The notes below the pieces were generated by a model, which saw only the letters and a list, made by a program, of their open reading frames with translations, made no database searches and was not told where the DNA came from. This document shows positions 8,658 to 17,817 of a stretch of 34,678 nt of DNA, in pieces. The translations under genes were made by a program, and so were the position numbers. The DNA is from an uncultured Pseudomonadota bacterium (lineage in GTDB: Bacteria; Pseudomonadota; Alphaproteobacteria; RF32; CAG-239), in contig CADBPX010000081.1 in the NCBI GenBank assembly GCA_902796625.1, forward strand, positions 1 to 34,678. Direction: 5' to 3'. How positions within the stretch are numbered: the stretch's first letter is position 1; every line of letters begins with the position of its first letter.

Positions 8658-9773
8658 ATGAAAAAAGTTTTATTATCAGCACTTTTACTGGCCGTTGCCA
8701 CACCGGCAATCGCCGGAGATTTTACTTATGACTATTCGGGAACCGCCGCCGGTTTTTACGGTTACAGCGATTATACCGATAAATATCGTCCGCTCTATAA
8801 ACATAACCATACTCCGGTTTTTGCCGAAGTAAGCACATCAATTACTTACGGCTTTGATAACGGCGCTGATTTACGGCTCGGCTTAGACGGACAAATATCC
8901 GACGGAAAGGAAGTCGAAGATTATAATCACGGTGAATGGGGTGAAAATTTATACGCTTCTTATAATTCAACATACGGCGAACTGAGCCTCGGACAGATTT
9001 ATAATGCGGCATATCAGCTAGCGGTCGGCGCTCCGTCTGTCGGTGCTTTCCGTGTTAACAACTCAATGATTACCGATTTTATTGCTAACCCAAACTGGCA
9101 GCGCCATAGTCGTGTCGCCTCTTATCGCACTCTTAATTCCACCTATTTGAATACTGATGCCGATGCCCCAAAAATAAGCTATACAACTCCGGAATTTTAT
9201 AACTCGAAAATCGCCTTTTCATATACACCGGACAGCTACAGTCAAGCCGGCCTGATTAATAAACACAGCCGCTATGATAATCGTTCATCATACGCCGCGG
9301 GTTTTTACAATAACACCGACTTTGATTATGTTGAAGTGGAGAGTTCACTCGGTTACGCGTATAACCATAAAAACAATCAGGAAATTTCTGCCGGTTTAAG
9401 CTTTTATCGCAAAGGATGGACATTGGGCGGATCTTATCGCCAAAGTTTTACCTCTTCCCATGACTATGCTTTAAATCTGCGAACCCATGACGATATGCCG
9501 TTTTATTTTGACGGTTATCGCCGCGGCAAAGCCTTTAATGTCGGACTGGGATACGAAATCGGCCCATTTAAGACGGCAATCTCTTATTTTGCGGCCTATG
9601 CCGATAAAACAGACAACCGTGACCGAATCGTCAGCTGGGCCAACCGTTTTGCCTGCAACAAATACCTTGCCTTATATTTAACATTGGCTCATGCAAAATA
9701 TAAAGGTGATCATAATTGGCAATCGGGTAATGAAGGATATGCTGCCATCAGCGGCATAGAGTTAAACTTTTAG
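8658..9773 (+). CDS. Outer-membrane beta-barrel protein, porin-like
   Basis: Sec signal peptide (LLLAVATPAIA|GD), alternating amphipathic Y/G/S/N-rich strands, and a C-terminal aromatic residue (IELNF). Confidence 0.6.
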   Translation: MKKVLLSALLLAVATPAIAGDFTYDYSGTAAGFYGYSDYTDKYRPLYKHNHTPVFAEVSTSITYGFDNGADLRLGLDGQISDGKEVEDYNHGEWGENLYASYNSTYGELSLGQIYNAAYQLAVGAPSVGAFRVNNSMITDFIANPNWQRHSRVASYRTLNSTYLNTDADAPKISYTTPEFYNSKIAFSYTPDSYSQAGLINKHSRYDNRSSYAAGFYNNTDFDYVEVESSLGYAYNHKNNQEISAGLSFYRKGWTLGGSYRQSFTSSHDYALNLRTHDDMPFYFDGYRRGKAFNVGLGYEIGPFKTAISYFAAYADKTDNRDRIVSWANRFACNKYLALYLTLAHAKYKGDHNWQSGNEGYAAISGIELNF

Positions 9774-9782
9774 GAACAACTG

Positions 9783-10394
9783 ATGACCGGCCTCTTAATT
9801 TCTTCCGATAATTCAGAATTCAGCGAAGATTTATACCGGCAAATTTCCCGTTTTATTGCCGATATCAATTTTGATGAAGAAAAGCCCGATGTTATTATTG
9901 TCGATGAAAATGCCGCGCAAAAAATTGCACTTCGCCGTCAATACCCCAATGTGCCGATAATATATCTTTCCGATAATACCAATATTGAACCGGATTATCT
10001 TGATATTATGCTCAAAAAACCGATTAAATTAACAGAGTTACTTGATATAATTCAAGCGGCTAACCACCGACTGGATAATTCACAAAAAGGCTTTTTGAAT
10101 TTCAATCGCTATGAATTGCACCCCAAGCAAAAAGAACTTGTTGATTTGGTCAGCGGAAAAATTATTAAATTGACCGAAAAAGAGGTCGATGTAATAAAAT
10201 ATTTGTATAAAAACTTTGATAAATATGTCAGCAAAAGTGATTTACAAACCCACGTTTGGCAATATAACGAAGATGTTGCCACCCATACAATTGAAACCCA
10301 TATATACCGGTTACGGCAAAAAATTGAAAGCGAAAGTTCCCGACCGCTTATCATTACGGAGAACGGCGCCTATAAATTGGTGACAGGAAAATAA
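9783..10394 (+). CDS. OmpR/PhoB-type winged-helix regulator with a short, atypical receiver-like N-terminal domain
   Basis: The C-terminal part matches trans_reg_C (LTEKEVDVIKYLYKN...VSKSDLQTHVW....ATHTIETHIYRLRQKIE). The N-terminal ~95 aa keep a candidate acceptor Asp (IIVDEN), a Ser (YLSD) and KP, but lack the DD acidic pair and have shortened spacing. Confidence 0.7.
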   Translation: MTGLLISSDNSEFSEDLYRQISRFIADINFDEEKPDVIIVDENAAQKIALRRQYPNVPIIYLSDNTNIEPDYLDIMLKKPIKLTELLDIIQAANHRLDNSQKGFLNFNRYELHPKQKELVDLVSGKIIKLTEKEVDVIKYLYKNFDKYVSKSDLQTHVWQYNEDVATHTIETHIYRLRQKIESESSRPLIITENGAYKLVTGK

Positions 10395-10395
10395 A

Positions 10396-11160
10396 ATGCC
10401 GAAAATTAAGTCCCGAAACAAAACACAAAAAATAAGTATTCGCCGAATTTTCCGCGAAGCGAATCACTATATCTTAGCTAATCCGTTGCTGACTTTTTGC
10501 ATATTTATTGTAAATTTTGTCTTTATTCTACTGTTTCAGGCTATTCCTCGCGGCATACAAAATCCGCTCAGCATTTTATGGATTGTATTTTTGTATATTT
10601 TTTGGTGTGCCTTTTATCGTTATTACTATGGATTGCGACCTTATTTTTTCAGTAAAACTCTTCTCAAAAGCATATCTCCGTCAACTAAAGGCTTGCTTTT
10701 AATGTTTCTGACCGTAATCTTTTTTGTAATTCTGCCATTGATACCACTATTTTTGGGTTACGATGATATATATCTGAGTATGTATGAGCGCTACATGCAA
10801 ACTTTTGAAGGATTGTCGTCAAACAGCGAAGTTCGGGCTTCATTAACCGACATTGTTATAGTTTACGGCGTTATTGCCCTACTTTCTCCGGTGTTAATAT
10901 TTAAGCCATATATGGCATGGATTTCAGCACTGCGCCGCCGCAGTTCTTCATTTAAGGAAGCAGGAAACAAGACTAAAGGTAATTATTGGAAGATGGTTAT
11001 GCTGTCTTTGCTGTTGCTTTATCCTGAAGCAATAGCAACACAGCTTGATAAAATTTGGCACTTAAACAATTGGCTGGCCTATCCGATAAGTATGGTTCTA
11101 TTCATATATACGAACGTTATGTTTGCCAAAATATATGATTTCTTTTATCTGAAAAATTGA
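10396..11160 (+). CDS. Polytopic inner-membrane protein of unknown function
   Basis: About 5-6 hydrophobic helices and a basic N-terminus. No kinase, transporter or glycosyltransferase motif is recognisable. Its start is one base after the regulator's stop. Confidence 0.55.
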   Translation: MPKIKSRNKTQKISIRRIFREANHYILANPLLTFCIFIVNFVFILLFQAIPRGIQNPLSILWIVFLYIFWCAFYRYYYGLRPYFFSKTLLKSISPSTKGLLLMFLTVIFFVILPLIPLFLGYDDIYLSMYERYMQTFEGLSSNSEVRASLTDIVIVYGVIALLSPVLIFKPYMAWISALRRRSSSFKEAGNKTKGNYWKMVMLSLLLLYPEAIATQLDKIWHLNNWLAYPISMVLFIYTNVMFAKIYDFFYLKN

Positions 11161-11161
11161 A

Positions 11162-12118
11162 TTAATTTGCGCGTTGATGCCACAAAAGTTTCAGCAGACG
11201 AACTTTGCTTTTAAATGTTAAATCACTAAATTTGATAATATTATCACTTCTTAATTTTTTATATTCTTCTTTGAAATATTTTTCCAATTCATTTTTATTA
11301 TCGGTGCTTTTACTGACTTTAGAAAGAATCATCTTTAACGAAGCCGTAATACGCTTTTTTCGAACAATATCCCACTGTTGTTGATTTTGTTTCTTTAAGA
11401 AATAGTCATACACATGACGAATCCCCACAATATAGTCATGAATTTTTTTCACGGAAAACTGGCTGCGGATGATAGACGGAAAGTTGGTATTATACATATA
11501 TATTCTCTCGTCAATTATGGCACAGCGGCTTATTTGTGAAAAAATTAGTGTCGTAAACGGCCAATCTTCAAAATATATACCTTCGATAAATCGCTGATCA
11601 CCGATACAGTCGCGGCGATAAAGCTTACTCCATACCACGGCAGAAACTAAACGATATTTATATAAATCGCGAAGCGGATCTTTCAGTGTGCGATAATGCA
11701 CACGATTTTGATTAATTCTGCCTTTTTTGATTTTATCTTTACCGGTACGATAAACATCTTCGGTCATAACAATCGGACAGGCGGTTTTTTTCGCAACATT
11801 ATATAAAATTTCCAAAGCCTGAACATGAATATAATCGTCGGCATCAAGGAAAAACACATATTCACCGTGAGCCTGATCAAGTCCATGGTTACGCGAGGCG
11901 GATAGTCCTTGATTTTTTTGCTCAATAATTTTGAATCTACTGTCGTTTTGAGCATACTTACGAAGTATTTCACCGCACTTATCCGGAGACCCGTCGTTAA
12001 CACAGATAATCTCCAGATTTTTATAGGTCTGATCGACCACACTTTGTAAACAGCGCGGCAAAAACCTTTCCACCTTGTATATCGGAATAATAACTGATAT
12101 CAGACCTTCATTATTCAT
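11162..12118 (-). CDS. Family 2 glycosyltransferase
   Basis: GT2 N-terminal signature ISVIIPIYKVERFLPRCLQSVVDQTYKNLEIICVNDGSPD and a DxD motif (FLDADDY). Confidence 0.85.
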   Translation of the reverse strand: MNNEGLISVIIPIYKVERFLPRCLQSVVDQTYKNLEIICVNDGSPDKCGEILRKYAQNDSRFKIIEQKNQGLSASRNHGLDQAHGEYVFFLDADDYIHVQALEILYNVAKKTACPIVMTEDVYRTGKDKIKKGRINQNRVHYRTLKDPLRDLYKYRLVSAVVWSKLYRRDCIGDQRFIEGIYFEDWPFTTLIFSQISRCAIIDERIYMYNTNFPSIIRSQFSVKKIHDYIVGIRHVYDYFLKKQNQQQWDIVRKKRITASLKMILSKVSKSTDNKNELEKYFKEEYKKLRSDNIIKFSDLTFKSKVRLLKLLWHQRAN

Positions 12119-12195
12119 TTTATCACGGCATTACAAAATTATATACTGCAAACAGATGCAGCCCCATATCGGAGGGACTGCATCGTGTTATACTT

Positions 12196-12933
12196 TTATT
12201 TTATTTCATCAATAACTGCTTGAAATTCGTGCGGGTTCATGCCTTGCACTTTTTTACCGTTAATAAAAACAGTCGGAACCCCGTTGATTTTGGCATTACT
12301 TGCCAAAGCGGCAACTTCATCGAGTGATTTACTGATATCGGCAGCTTCAACATTTGCCTTATACTGATCCATATCTAAACCGACATTTTTGGCCACATTG
12401 TCAACATCAGCCTCGCTCATCCGGCCGTTAAAGGCCATAACCGCTTTATAAAATGCCAAGAACTTACCTTGCTTATTGGCAGCATAAGCAGCCTTTGCCT
12501 GATATTTTGAAACCGGAGTTACAAATGACAGCGGTTTAAATATAAATTTTACGCCGGCATTATCAGCCATAACTTTTTCCAATGACGGAGCCAAGGCTTT
12601 GCAATATCCGCAAGAAAAATCGAAAAACTCAACAACTGTAACTTTAGCATCTTTCGGACCGAAAGTCGGTGCGTTAGCGTCACTGTTAATTTCCGGCAAA
12701 TATTTCTCCAAAGCCTCACGTTCAGCCTTTTCCTGAGCTTCACGTGCTTCTTTAATTTTATTTTGCTGATAATTTTCAAAAACCTGCAAAATCTTTTCCG
12801 GATTTTGTTGAACGGCTTCGGCCACCGTATCAGCGGTCAAACCGGAGCTTAAAGATCCTCCGTTAGCTCTGACCAAAGCAACTACTGCTAAAATAACGGC
12901 AACAGTAGAAAGTATGAGTGAAAAATTTTTCAT
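12196..12933 (-). CDS. DsbA-family thiol:disulfide oxidoreductase, membrane-anchored or secreted
   Basis: N-terminal hydrophobic anchor and a thioredoxin fold with CxxC (FFDFSCGYCK), plus GVPTVFING near the C-terminus. Confidence 0.85.
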   Translation of the reverse strand: MKNFSLILSTVAVILAVVALVRANGGSLSSGLTADTVAEAVQQNPEKILQVFENYQQNKIKEAREAQEKAEREALEKYLPEINSDANAPTFGPKDAKVTVVEFFDFSCGYCKALAPSLEKVMADNAGVKFIFKPLSFVTPVSKYQAKAAYAANKQGKFLAFYKAVMAFNGRMSEADVDNVAKNVGLDMDQYKANVEAADISKSLDEVAALASNAKINGVPTVFINGKKVQGMNPHEFQAVIDEIK

Positions 12934-13081
12934 AATCTATTCCTTATAAGTTTAAAAACAACCACCAGTTAGAGTAATCTTTTTTTCGGAATTTGCAAGT
13001 ACAAAAAAAAGTTTTTGCAAATATAACTAGACTTTTATTTTTTTTGCCATATGATTAAGTTAAATTCAGAGGAGATAATAG

Positions 13082-13741
13082 ATGTTTGATATAAAACTTT
13101 CAATATTTTCCGGCACCCGTATTTTAGAGCAAAAAATTGATGAAATGCACGATAAAGTTATGGAAAGCTCCTTATTTTTCAAGGAAGCTTTTGAAATTTA
13201 TATGCGGGAAAAAAGAAGCGCAAACTACCGACGTTCCAGTAAAAAAATTAAAAACTTAGAATCGGAAGCCGACACTCTGCGCCGCGATATTGAAAGCCAA
13301 CTATATATCCAAAATCTGATTCCCGATTTGCGAGCCGATGTACTGCAAATGGTCGAAAACCTCGATAAAGTAATTAACGAATTTGACGAGGTCGCCCACA
13401 AATTTTACATTGAGCGTCCGGTTATTCCGCCAGAATTTAAGGAAAAGTTCCATATTTTGGTTGATCAGGTTTGTGAATGTGCTGAAAATATGTCTATCTG
13501 CTCGCGCGCTTTTTTCCGCGATTTTGCCACAGTTCGTGACTATTCGCGCAAAGTTTATTTTTTGGAGCATGAAAGCGATAAAACATGGGCGGCCTTAAAA
13601 CAAGACGTCTTTGATTCTGATTTGGAATTAGCGCACAAAATTCAACTCAGCGGCCTTATCGGCGAAGTTGCCGATATTGCTGATCGCGCTGAAGATTGCA
13701 TTGATGCGGTTCTAATATTTACAATCAAGCGAGACATCTAA
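13082..13741 (+). CDS. DUF47/PhoU-like phosphate transport accessory protein
   Basis: Helical ~220-aa protein of the TIGR00153/DUF47 type (ESEADTLRRDIE..., ADIADRAED). Its TAATG stop/start overlap with the downstream PiT transporter is the usual pairing. Confidence 0.75.
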   Translation: MFDIKLSIFSGTRILEQKIDEMHDKVMESSLFFKEAFEIYMREKRSANYRRSSKKIKNLESEADTLRRDIESQLYIQNLIPDLRADVLQMVENLDKVINEFDEVAHKFYIERPVIPPEFKEKFHILVDQVCECAENMSICSRAFFRDFATVRDYSRKVYFLEHESDKTWAALKQDVFDSDLELAHKIQLSGLIGEVADIADRAEDCIDAVLIFTIKRDI

Positions 13742-14796
13742 TGGATTTAGGATACCTATTCTTTTTAAGCAGCGGTTTATTTCTAGGGTGGTCGTTGGGC
13801 GCCAATGATGCTTCGAATGTATTCGGAACGGCCGTCGGCTCAAAAATGCTCAAGTTTTCTACCGCTGCAATCGTTGCCGCAATTTTCGTTGTTTTCGGTG
13901 CCGTAAGCGGCGGAGCCGGTACCAGCAGAACACTTGACTCTTTAGGTTCCGTCAATGCATTAGCTGGAGCGTTTATGGTGGCGTTGTCCGCGGCGTTGGC
14001 CGTTTATTTGATACTGCGGGTCGGCATATCGGTTTCCACATCGCAAGCCATTGTCGGAGCTATCGTCGGTTGGAATATCTATGCCGGCAAAACCACCGAC
14101 ATGGAAACGCTGGCACAAATTTGCGCCACGTGGATTTTTTGCCCGCTGATTTCCGGAACCATTGCCATATGTTTGTATTTCTTCTTAAAAAAACTCTTAA
14201 AGTATTCTCGTTTACATTTGCTGATGCAAGACCAGTTAACAAGGGTTGGCCTGTTGCTGACTACCGCTATTGGTGCTTATGCTTTAGGAGCAAACAATAT
14301 TGCCAACGTTGTCGGGGTATTCATCGAGTCCTGCCCTTTTAAGCCTTTGCATTTCGGTTCAATTCTAACTCTTGATACAACGCAAGTACTGTTTTTAATC
14401 GGAAGTTTGGCAGTTGGTGTCGGAATATTAACTTATTCGCAAAAGGCTATCTCAACCGTAGGAAAAAATTTGATGAAAATGTCACCGATGGTCGCCTTAA
14501 TTGTTGTTCTTTCTCATTCGGCGGTATTGCTGTTGTTTGCTTCCGTATCGCTGCACAATTGGTTGATTAATCATTCTTTACCGGCACTGCCGCTGGTACC
14601 GGTTTCCAGCACTCAAGCGGTTATCGGTGCAATTTTGGGTATCGGCATAATCAAAGGCGGACGCGGCATTAATTGGAACATTGTCGGCAAAATTGTCATC
14701 GGTTGGGTAACCGCACCGATTTTAGCCATGGGAATCTGCTTTATCAGCCTGTTCTTTCTGGCAAATGTTTTCAACCAAACTGTTTATTTACCCTAA
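13741..14796 (+). CDS. pit: Inorganic phosphate transporter, PiT family
   Basis: Two PiT signature repeats (GANDASNVFGTAVGS and GANNIANVVGVF). Polytopic membrane protein. Confidence 0.9.
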   Translation: MDLGYLFFLSSGLFLGWSLGANDASNVFGTAVGSKMLKFSTAAIVAAIFVVFGAVSGGAGTSRTLDSLGSVNALAGAFMVALSAALAVYLILRVGISVSTSQAIVGAIVGWNIYAGKTTDMETLAQICATWIFCPLISGTIAICLYFFLKKLLKYSRLHLLMQDQLTRVGLLLTTAIGAYALGANNIANVVGVFIESCPFKPLHFGSILTLDTTQVLFLIGSLAVGVGILTYSQKAISTVGKNLMKMSPMVALIVVLSHSAVLLLFASVSLHNWLINHSLPALPLVPVSSTQAVIGAILGIGIIKGGRGINWNIVGKIVIGWVTAPILAMGICFISLFFLANVFNQTVYLP

Positions 14797-14798
14797 AA

Positions 14799-15797
14799 TC
14801 AGAAAAGCTGGGCAATAATTTTTTGTGCAATCTCATCATAGGCCAAAGAGCAAGCATCTTGCGGCCGGCTGACAACTATCGGAGCGCCCATATCTGCCCC
14901 GCGGCGAATCGCCGGCAACAGCGGAATTTCACCCAAAAACGGCACTCCGAGATGCCGAGCCGTAGTCTGAGCGCCCTCGTGACCGAAAATATCGGCTCTT
15001 TCACCGCAATGTGGACAAATGTAATAACTCATATTTTCAACAATACCTAAAATCGGTACGCCGGTTTTTTTAAACATATTCACTCCTTTAATTGCATCAA
15101 TCAGCGCAATATCCTGAGGAGTTGAAACGATGACAATTCCGGAAAATTCGACACGTTGTGACAATGTAATTAAAATATCACCGGTTCCCGGCGGCATGTC
15201 AATAACCATAACATCAATCTCGCCCCAATCCGTCTGACATAAAAGTTGCTCAATCAGACCACAGGCTTTCGGACCGCGCCAAATCAGCGGAGTATTGCGA
15301 TCAATCAGCGAACCGACTGAAACAGAAGCAATTGAATATTCCCAAAACGGATCAAAATGTTCACCGTCGGAAGAAGTTATCGGTAAACCTTCATAGCCGA
15401 GCATTGTCGGAATTGACGGCCCGTAAACATCGGCATCAACCAAGGCCACTTTCTTATTTTGTTTGGCCAGTGATAATGCCAAATTAACTGCCGTTGTCGA
15501 TTTTCCGACTCCGCCTTTACCCGAGGCAATGCCGATAATTTTTTTAACGTGCGGCAGCGGCCATTTTTCTATTTCTTGTACAGCCAGATTAACGTTTTGT
15601 TCCTGAGTATGAATAACCGAAATTTTCTTATCCGGAAACATTACCGTCAGTTCCCGACATATTTCATTTTTTTTATTTACATCTTCCGGCTGATTTTTTA
15701 TTTCGATAACCACTCTTTGAGGCAATACTTTAACTGCGGCGATATTTTCGGCCGAATAATATTTTTGCACAATTTCTAACAATTTCTGCTGTGTCAT
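14799..15797 (-). CDS. apbC: Mrp/ApbC/NBP35-family Fe-S cluster carrier ATPase
   Basis: Deviant Walker A GKGGVGKSTTAVNLA, the CPHCG motif, and an N-terminal DUF59-like segment. The start was chosen at MTQQK (15797) behind GGAGGA. The ORF is open to 15845. Confidence 0.92.
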   Translation of the reverse strand: MTQQKLLEIVQKYYSAENIAAVKVLPQRVVIEIKNQPEDVNKKNEICRELTVMFPDKKISVIHTQEQNVNLAVQEIEKWPLPHVKKIIGIASGKGGVGKSTTAVNLALSLAKQNKKVALVDADVYGPSIPTMLGYEGLPITSSDGEHFDPFWEYSIASVSVGSLIDRNTPLIWRGPKACGLIEQLLCQTDWGEIDVMVIDMPPGTGDILITLSQRVEFSGIVIVSTPQDIALIDAIKGVNMFKKTGVPILGIVENMSYYICPHCGERADIFGHEGAQTTARHLGVPFLGEIPLLPAIRRGADMGAPIVVSRPQDACSLAYDEIAQKIIAQLF

Positions 15798-15895
15798 TTT
15801 TCCTCCAATGTGGATATTCATACATCGTTGATTGTTTTTAGCCAAGAATTAGATTATCTTATACACCATAGTTTGTATAAAATAAAGGAAATAAA

Positions 15896-16930
15896 ATGGC
15901 TAAACAAATAAATCCATGGGATAACGGCAGTGACAGCGATTGGTCAGAAGACGGTGCCATTGTCAAAAAAGCAAAAGTTATTGATTTGAGCAAAATCAGC
16001 AAATTACAAAGTCCAAAAGATAACTGGGGCGGCTATATTAAATATGGCCTTTTACTGCTTTTGGCTTTATGGTTAGCTTCCGGATTTTATCAGGTTCAAC
16101 CGAGTGAAGAAGGAGTTGTTTTGCGTTTCGGCAAATATGTTTATACAACCGATGCCGGCTTGCATTATCATTTACCGATGCCGATTGAAGAAGTTATAAA
16201 AGTTAATGTTACTCAAGAGCGCAGTATTAACCTCGGTTCACCGGACAGCCGCGATTATCGCAATAATGCTTTTACCGAAAGTCATATGCTGACCGGAGAT
16301 GAAAACATTGTTGACATTAACTTAACCGTGGTTTGGAAAATTAAAGATGCCAAAAATTATTTATTCAGTATGCGCAGTCCAGATGAAACCGTCAGTGTTG
16401 CCGCACAATCGGTATTGCGTGAAATTGTCGGCCAATCCGAAATGCAGCCGATTATCACCGGCGACCGCGGTAAAGTTGAAGACGAAACCAAAGCTGAATT
16501 GCAACGCGTTCTTGATGAATTTAACGCCGGCATTACCATTGTCCGTGTAAAATTACAAAAAGCCGATCCGCCAAGGGAAGTTGTTGATGCATTTAATGAG
16601 GTACAACGCGCCAAGGCTGACATGGAACGTTTCAAAAACGAAGCCGAGGCCTATCGTAATGAAGTTCTGCCGAAAGCGCGTGGACATGCGGCACAAATTG
16701 CTCAAGATGCCGAGGCTTATAAAGCGGCAACCATTAACAAAGCCGAAGGTGAAGCTAAAAGATTTGCTTCAGTTTATGCCGCCTATAAAGACGGCAAGAC
16801 CGTCACCATCAAAAAGATGTATCTTGATGCTATGGAAAGTGTTTTGCAAAAATCCAATAAGGTAATTATTGATCCGTCACAAAAAGGCAACCTGTTACCG
16901 GTATTATCACTGACCGGCTCACAAAAGTAA
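15896..16930 (+). CDS. hflK: Protease modulator HflK (SPFH/band 7)
   Basis: N-terminal TM segment and an SPFH domain with a coiled-coil tail. Followed by hflC. Confidence 0.9.
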   Translation: MAKQINPWDNGSDSDWSEDGAIVKKAKVIDLSKISKLQSPKDNWGGYIKYGLLLLLALWLASGFYQVQPSEEGVVLRFGKYVYTTDAGLHYHLPMPIEEVIKVNVTQERSINLGSPDSRDYRNNAFTESHMLTGDENIVDINLTVVWKIKDAKNYLFSMRSPDETVSVAAQSVLREIVGQSEMQPIITGDRGKVEDETKAELQRVLDEFNAGITIVRVKLQKADPPREVVDAFNEVQRAKADMERFKNEAEAYRNEVLPKARGHAAQIAQDAEAYKAATINKAEGEAKRFASVYAAYKDGKTVTIKKMYLDAMESVLQKSNKVIIDPSQKGNLLPVLSLTGSQK

Positions 16931-16942
16931 AGGATAAGAACA

Positions 16943-17815
16943 ATGAATAGATTTGGTTTATTACAAGGTATAATCGTTGTGTGCGGCGCACTTTTGATTC
17001 TGTTATTCAGTGCCGTTTATGTGGTTTATCAACCGGAACAGGCTATTGTTTTGCAATTCGGTGAGCCGATGCGCGTAGTCAATGAGCCGGGACTGAAGTT
17101 TAAAATTCCGTTTATTCAGAACGTCATCTTTTATGATTCACGTTTATTAAATCTGGATCCGCCGGCACAGGAAGTGGTGCTGAACGATAAAAAACGCTTG
17201 GATGTTGACAGCTTTACTCGCTATCAAATTGTTGACCCGCTGAAATTTTATCAAACCGTGCGCAGTGAAGATCAAGCCCGTAGCAAATTGGCCGAAATTG
17301 TCAATTCATCACTTCGTAAAATTCTTGGTCGCGTTACTTTAACAGAGTTACTCTCCGAACAACGCACTAAAATTATGCATGACATCAGCGAAACGGTTAA
17401 AAAAGACGCAGAGGCAATCGGAGTAAGTGTTGCCGATGTAAGAATCCGCCGAGCCGATTTACCGATTGAGGTTATGCAGGCAATCAATGATCGCATGAAA
17501 ACCGAACGCCAGCGTGATGCTAAAGAATTTCGCGCCAAAGGTCAGCAACAAGCACAGAATATTCGCGCTACGGCCGATAAAGAAGCAACCATTATTGTTG
17601 CCGAAGCTGAAAAAAATGCGCAAATTACGCGAGGTCAAGGTGATCAGCAAGCTGTTTCATTATGGAACCGAACCGTCGGGCAAGATGTCGATTTTTATGA
17701 ATTTTATCGTGCATTGGAAGCTTATCGCAAGTCACTGGCTGACGAGCAGACTTCTTTGGTTCTGTCACCGGATTCCGACTTTTTCAAATATTTTAATAAA
17801 ATGATGAAAGACTGA
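16943..17815 (+). CDS. hflC: Protease modulator HflC (SPFH/band 7)
   Basis: TM anchor plus SPFH domain. Paired with hflK upstream. Confidence 0.9.
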   Translation: MNRFGLLQGIIVVCGALLILLFSAVYVVYQPEQAIVLQFGEPMRVVNEPGLKFKIPFIQNVIFYDSRLLNLDPPAQEVVLNDKKRLDVDSFTRYQIVDPLKFYQTVRSEDQARSKLAEIVNSSLRKILGRVTLTELLSEQRTKIMHDISETVKKDAEAIGVSVADVRIRRADLPIEVMQAINDRMKTERQRDAKEFRAKGQQQAQNIRATADKEATIIVAEAEKNAQITRGQGDQQAVSLWNRTVGQDVDFYEFYRALEAYRKSLADEQTSLVLSPDSDFFKYFNKMMKD

Positions 17816-17817
17816 TT

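Noticed and set aside
12155-12184. An imperfect hairpin (GATGCAG...CTGCATC with a bulge) downstream of the DsbA-family gene, considered as a terminator.
   Set aside because: The stem is interrupted, and on the minus strand it is followed by TGTTTGCAG rather than a clear T-run. That is too weak to annotate.
15809-15817. A DnaA-box-like sequence, TGTGGATAT (8 of 9 matches to TGTGGATAA), near the apbC start.
   Set aside because: It is a single imperfect copy, with no cluster of boxes and no AT-rich unwinding element arrangement. This is not evidence for an origin.
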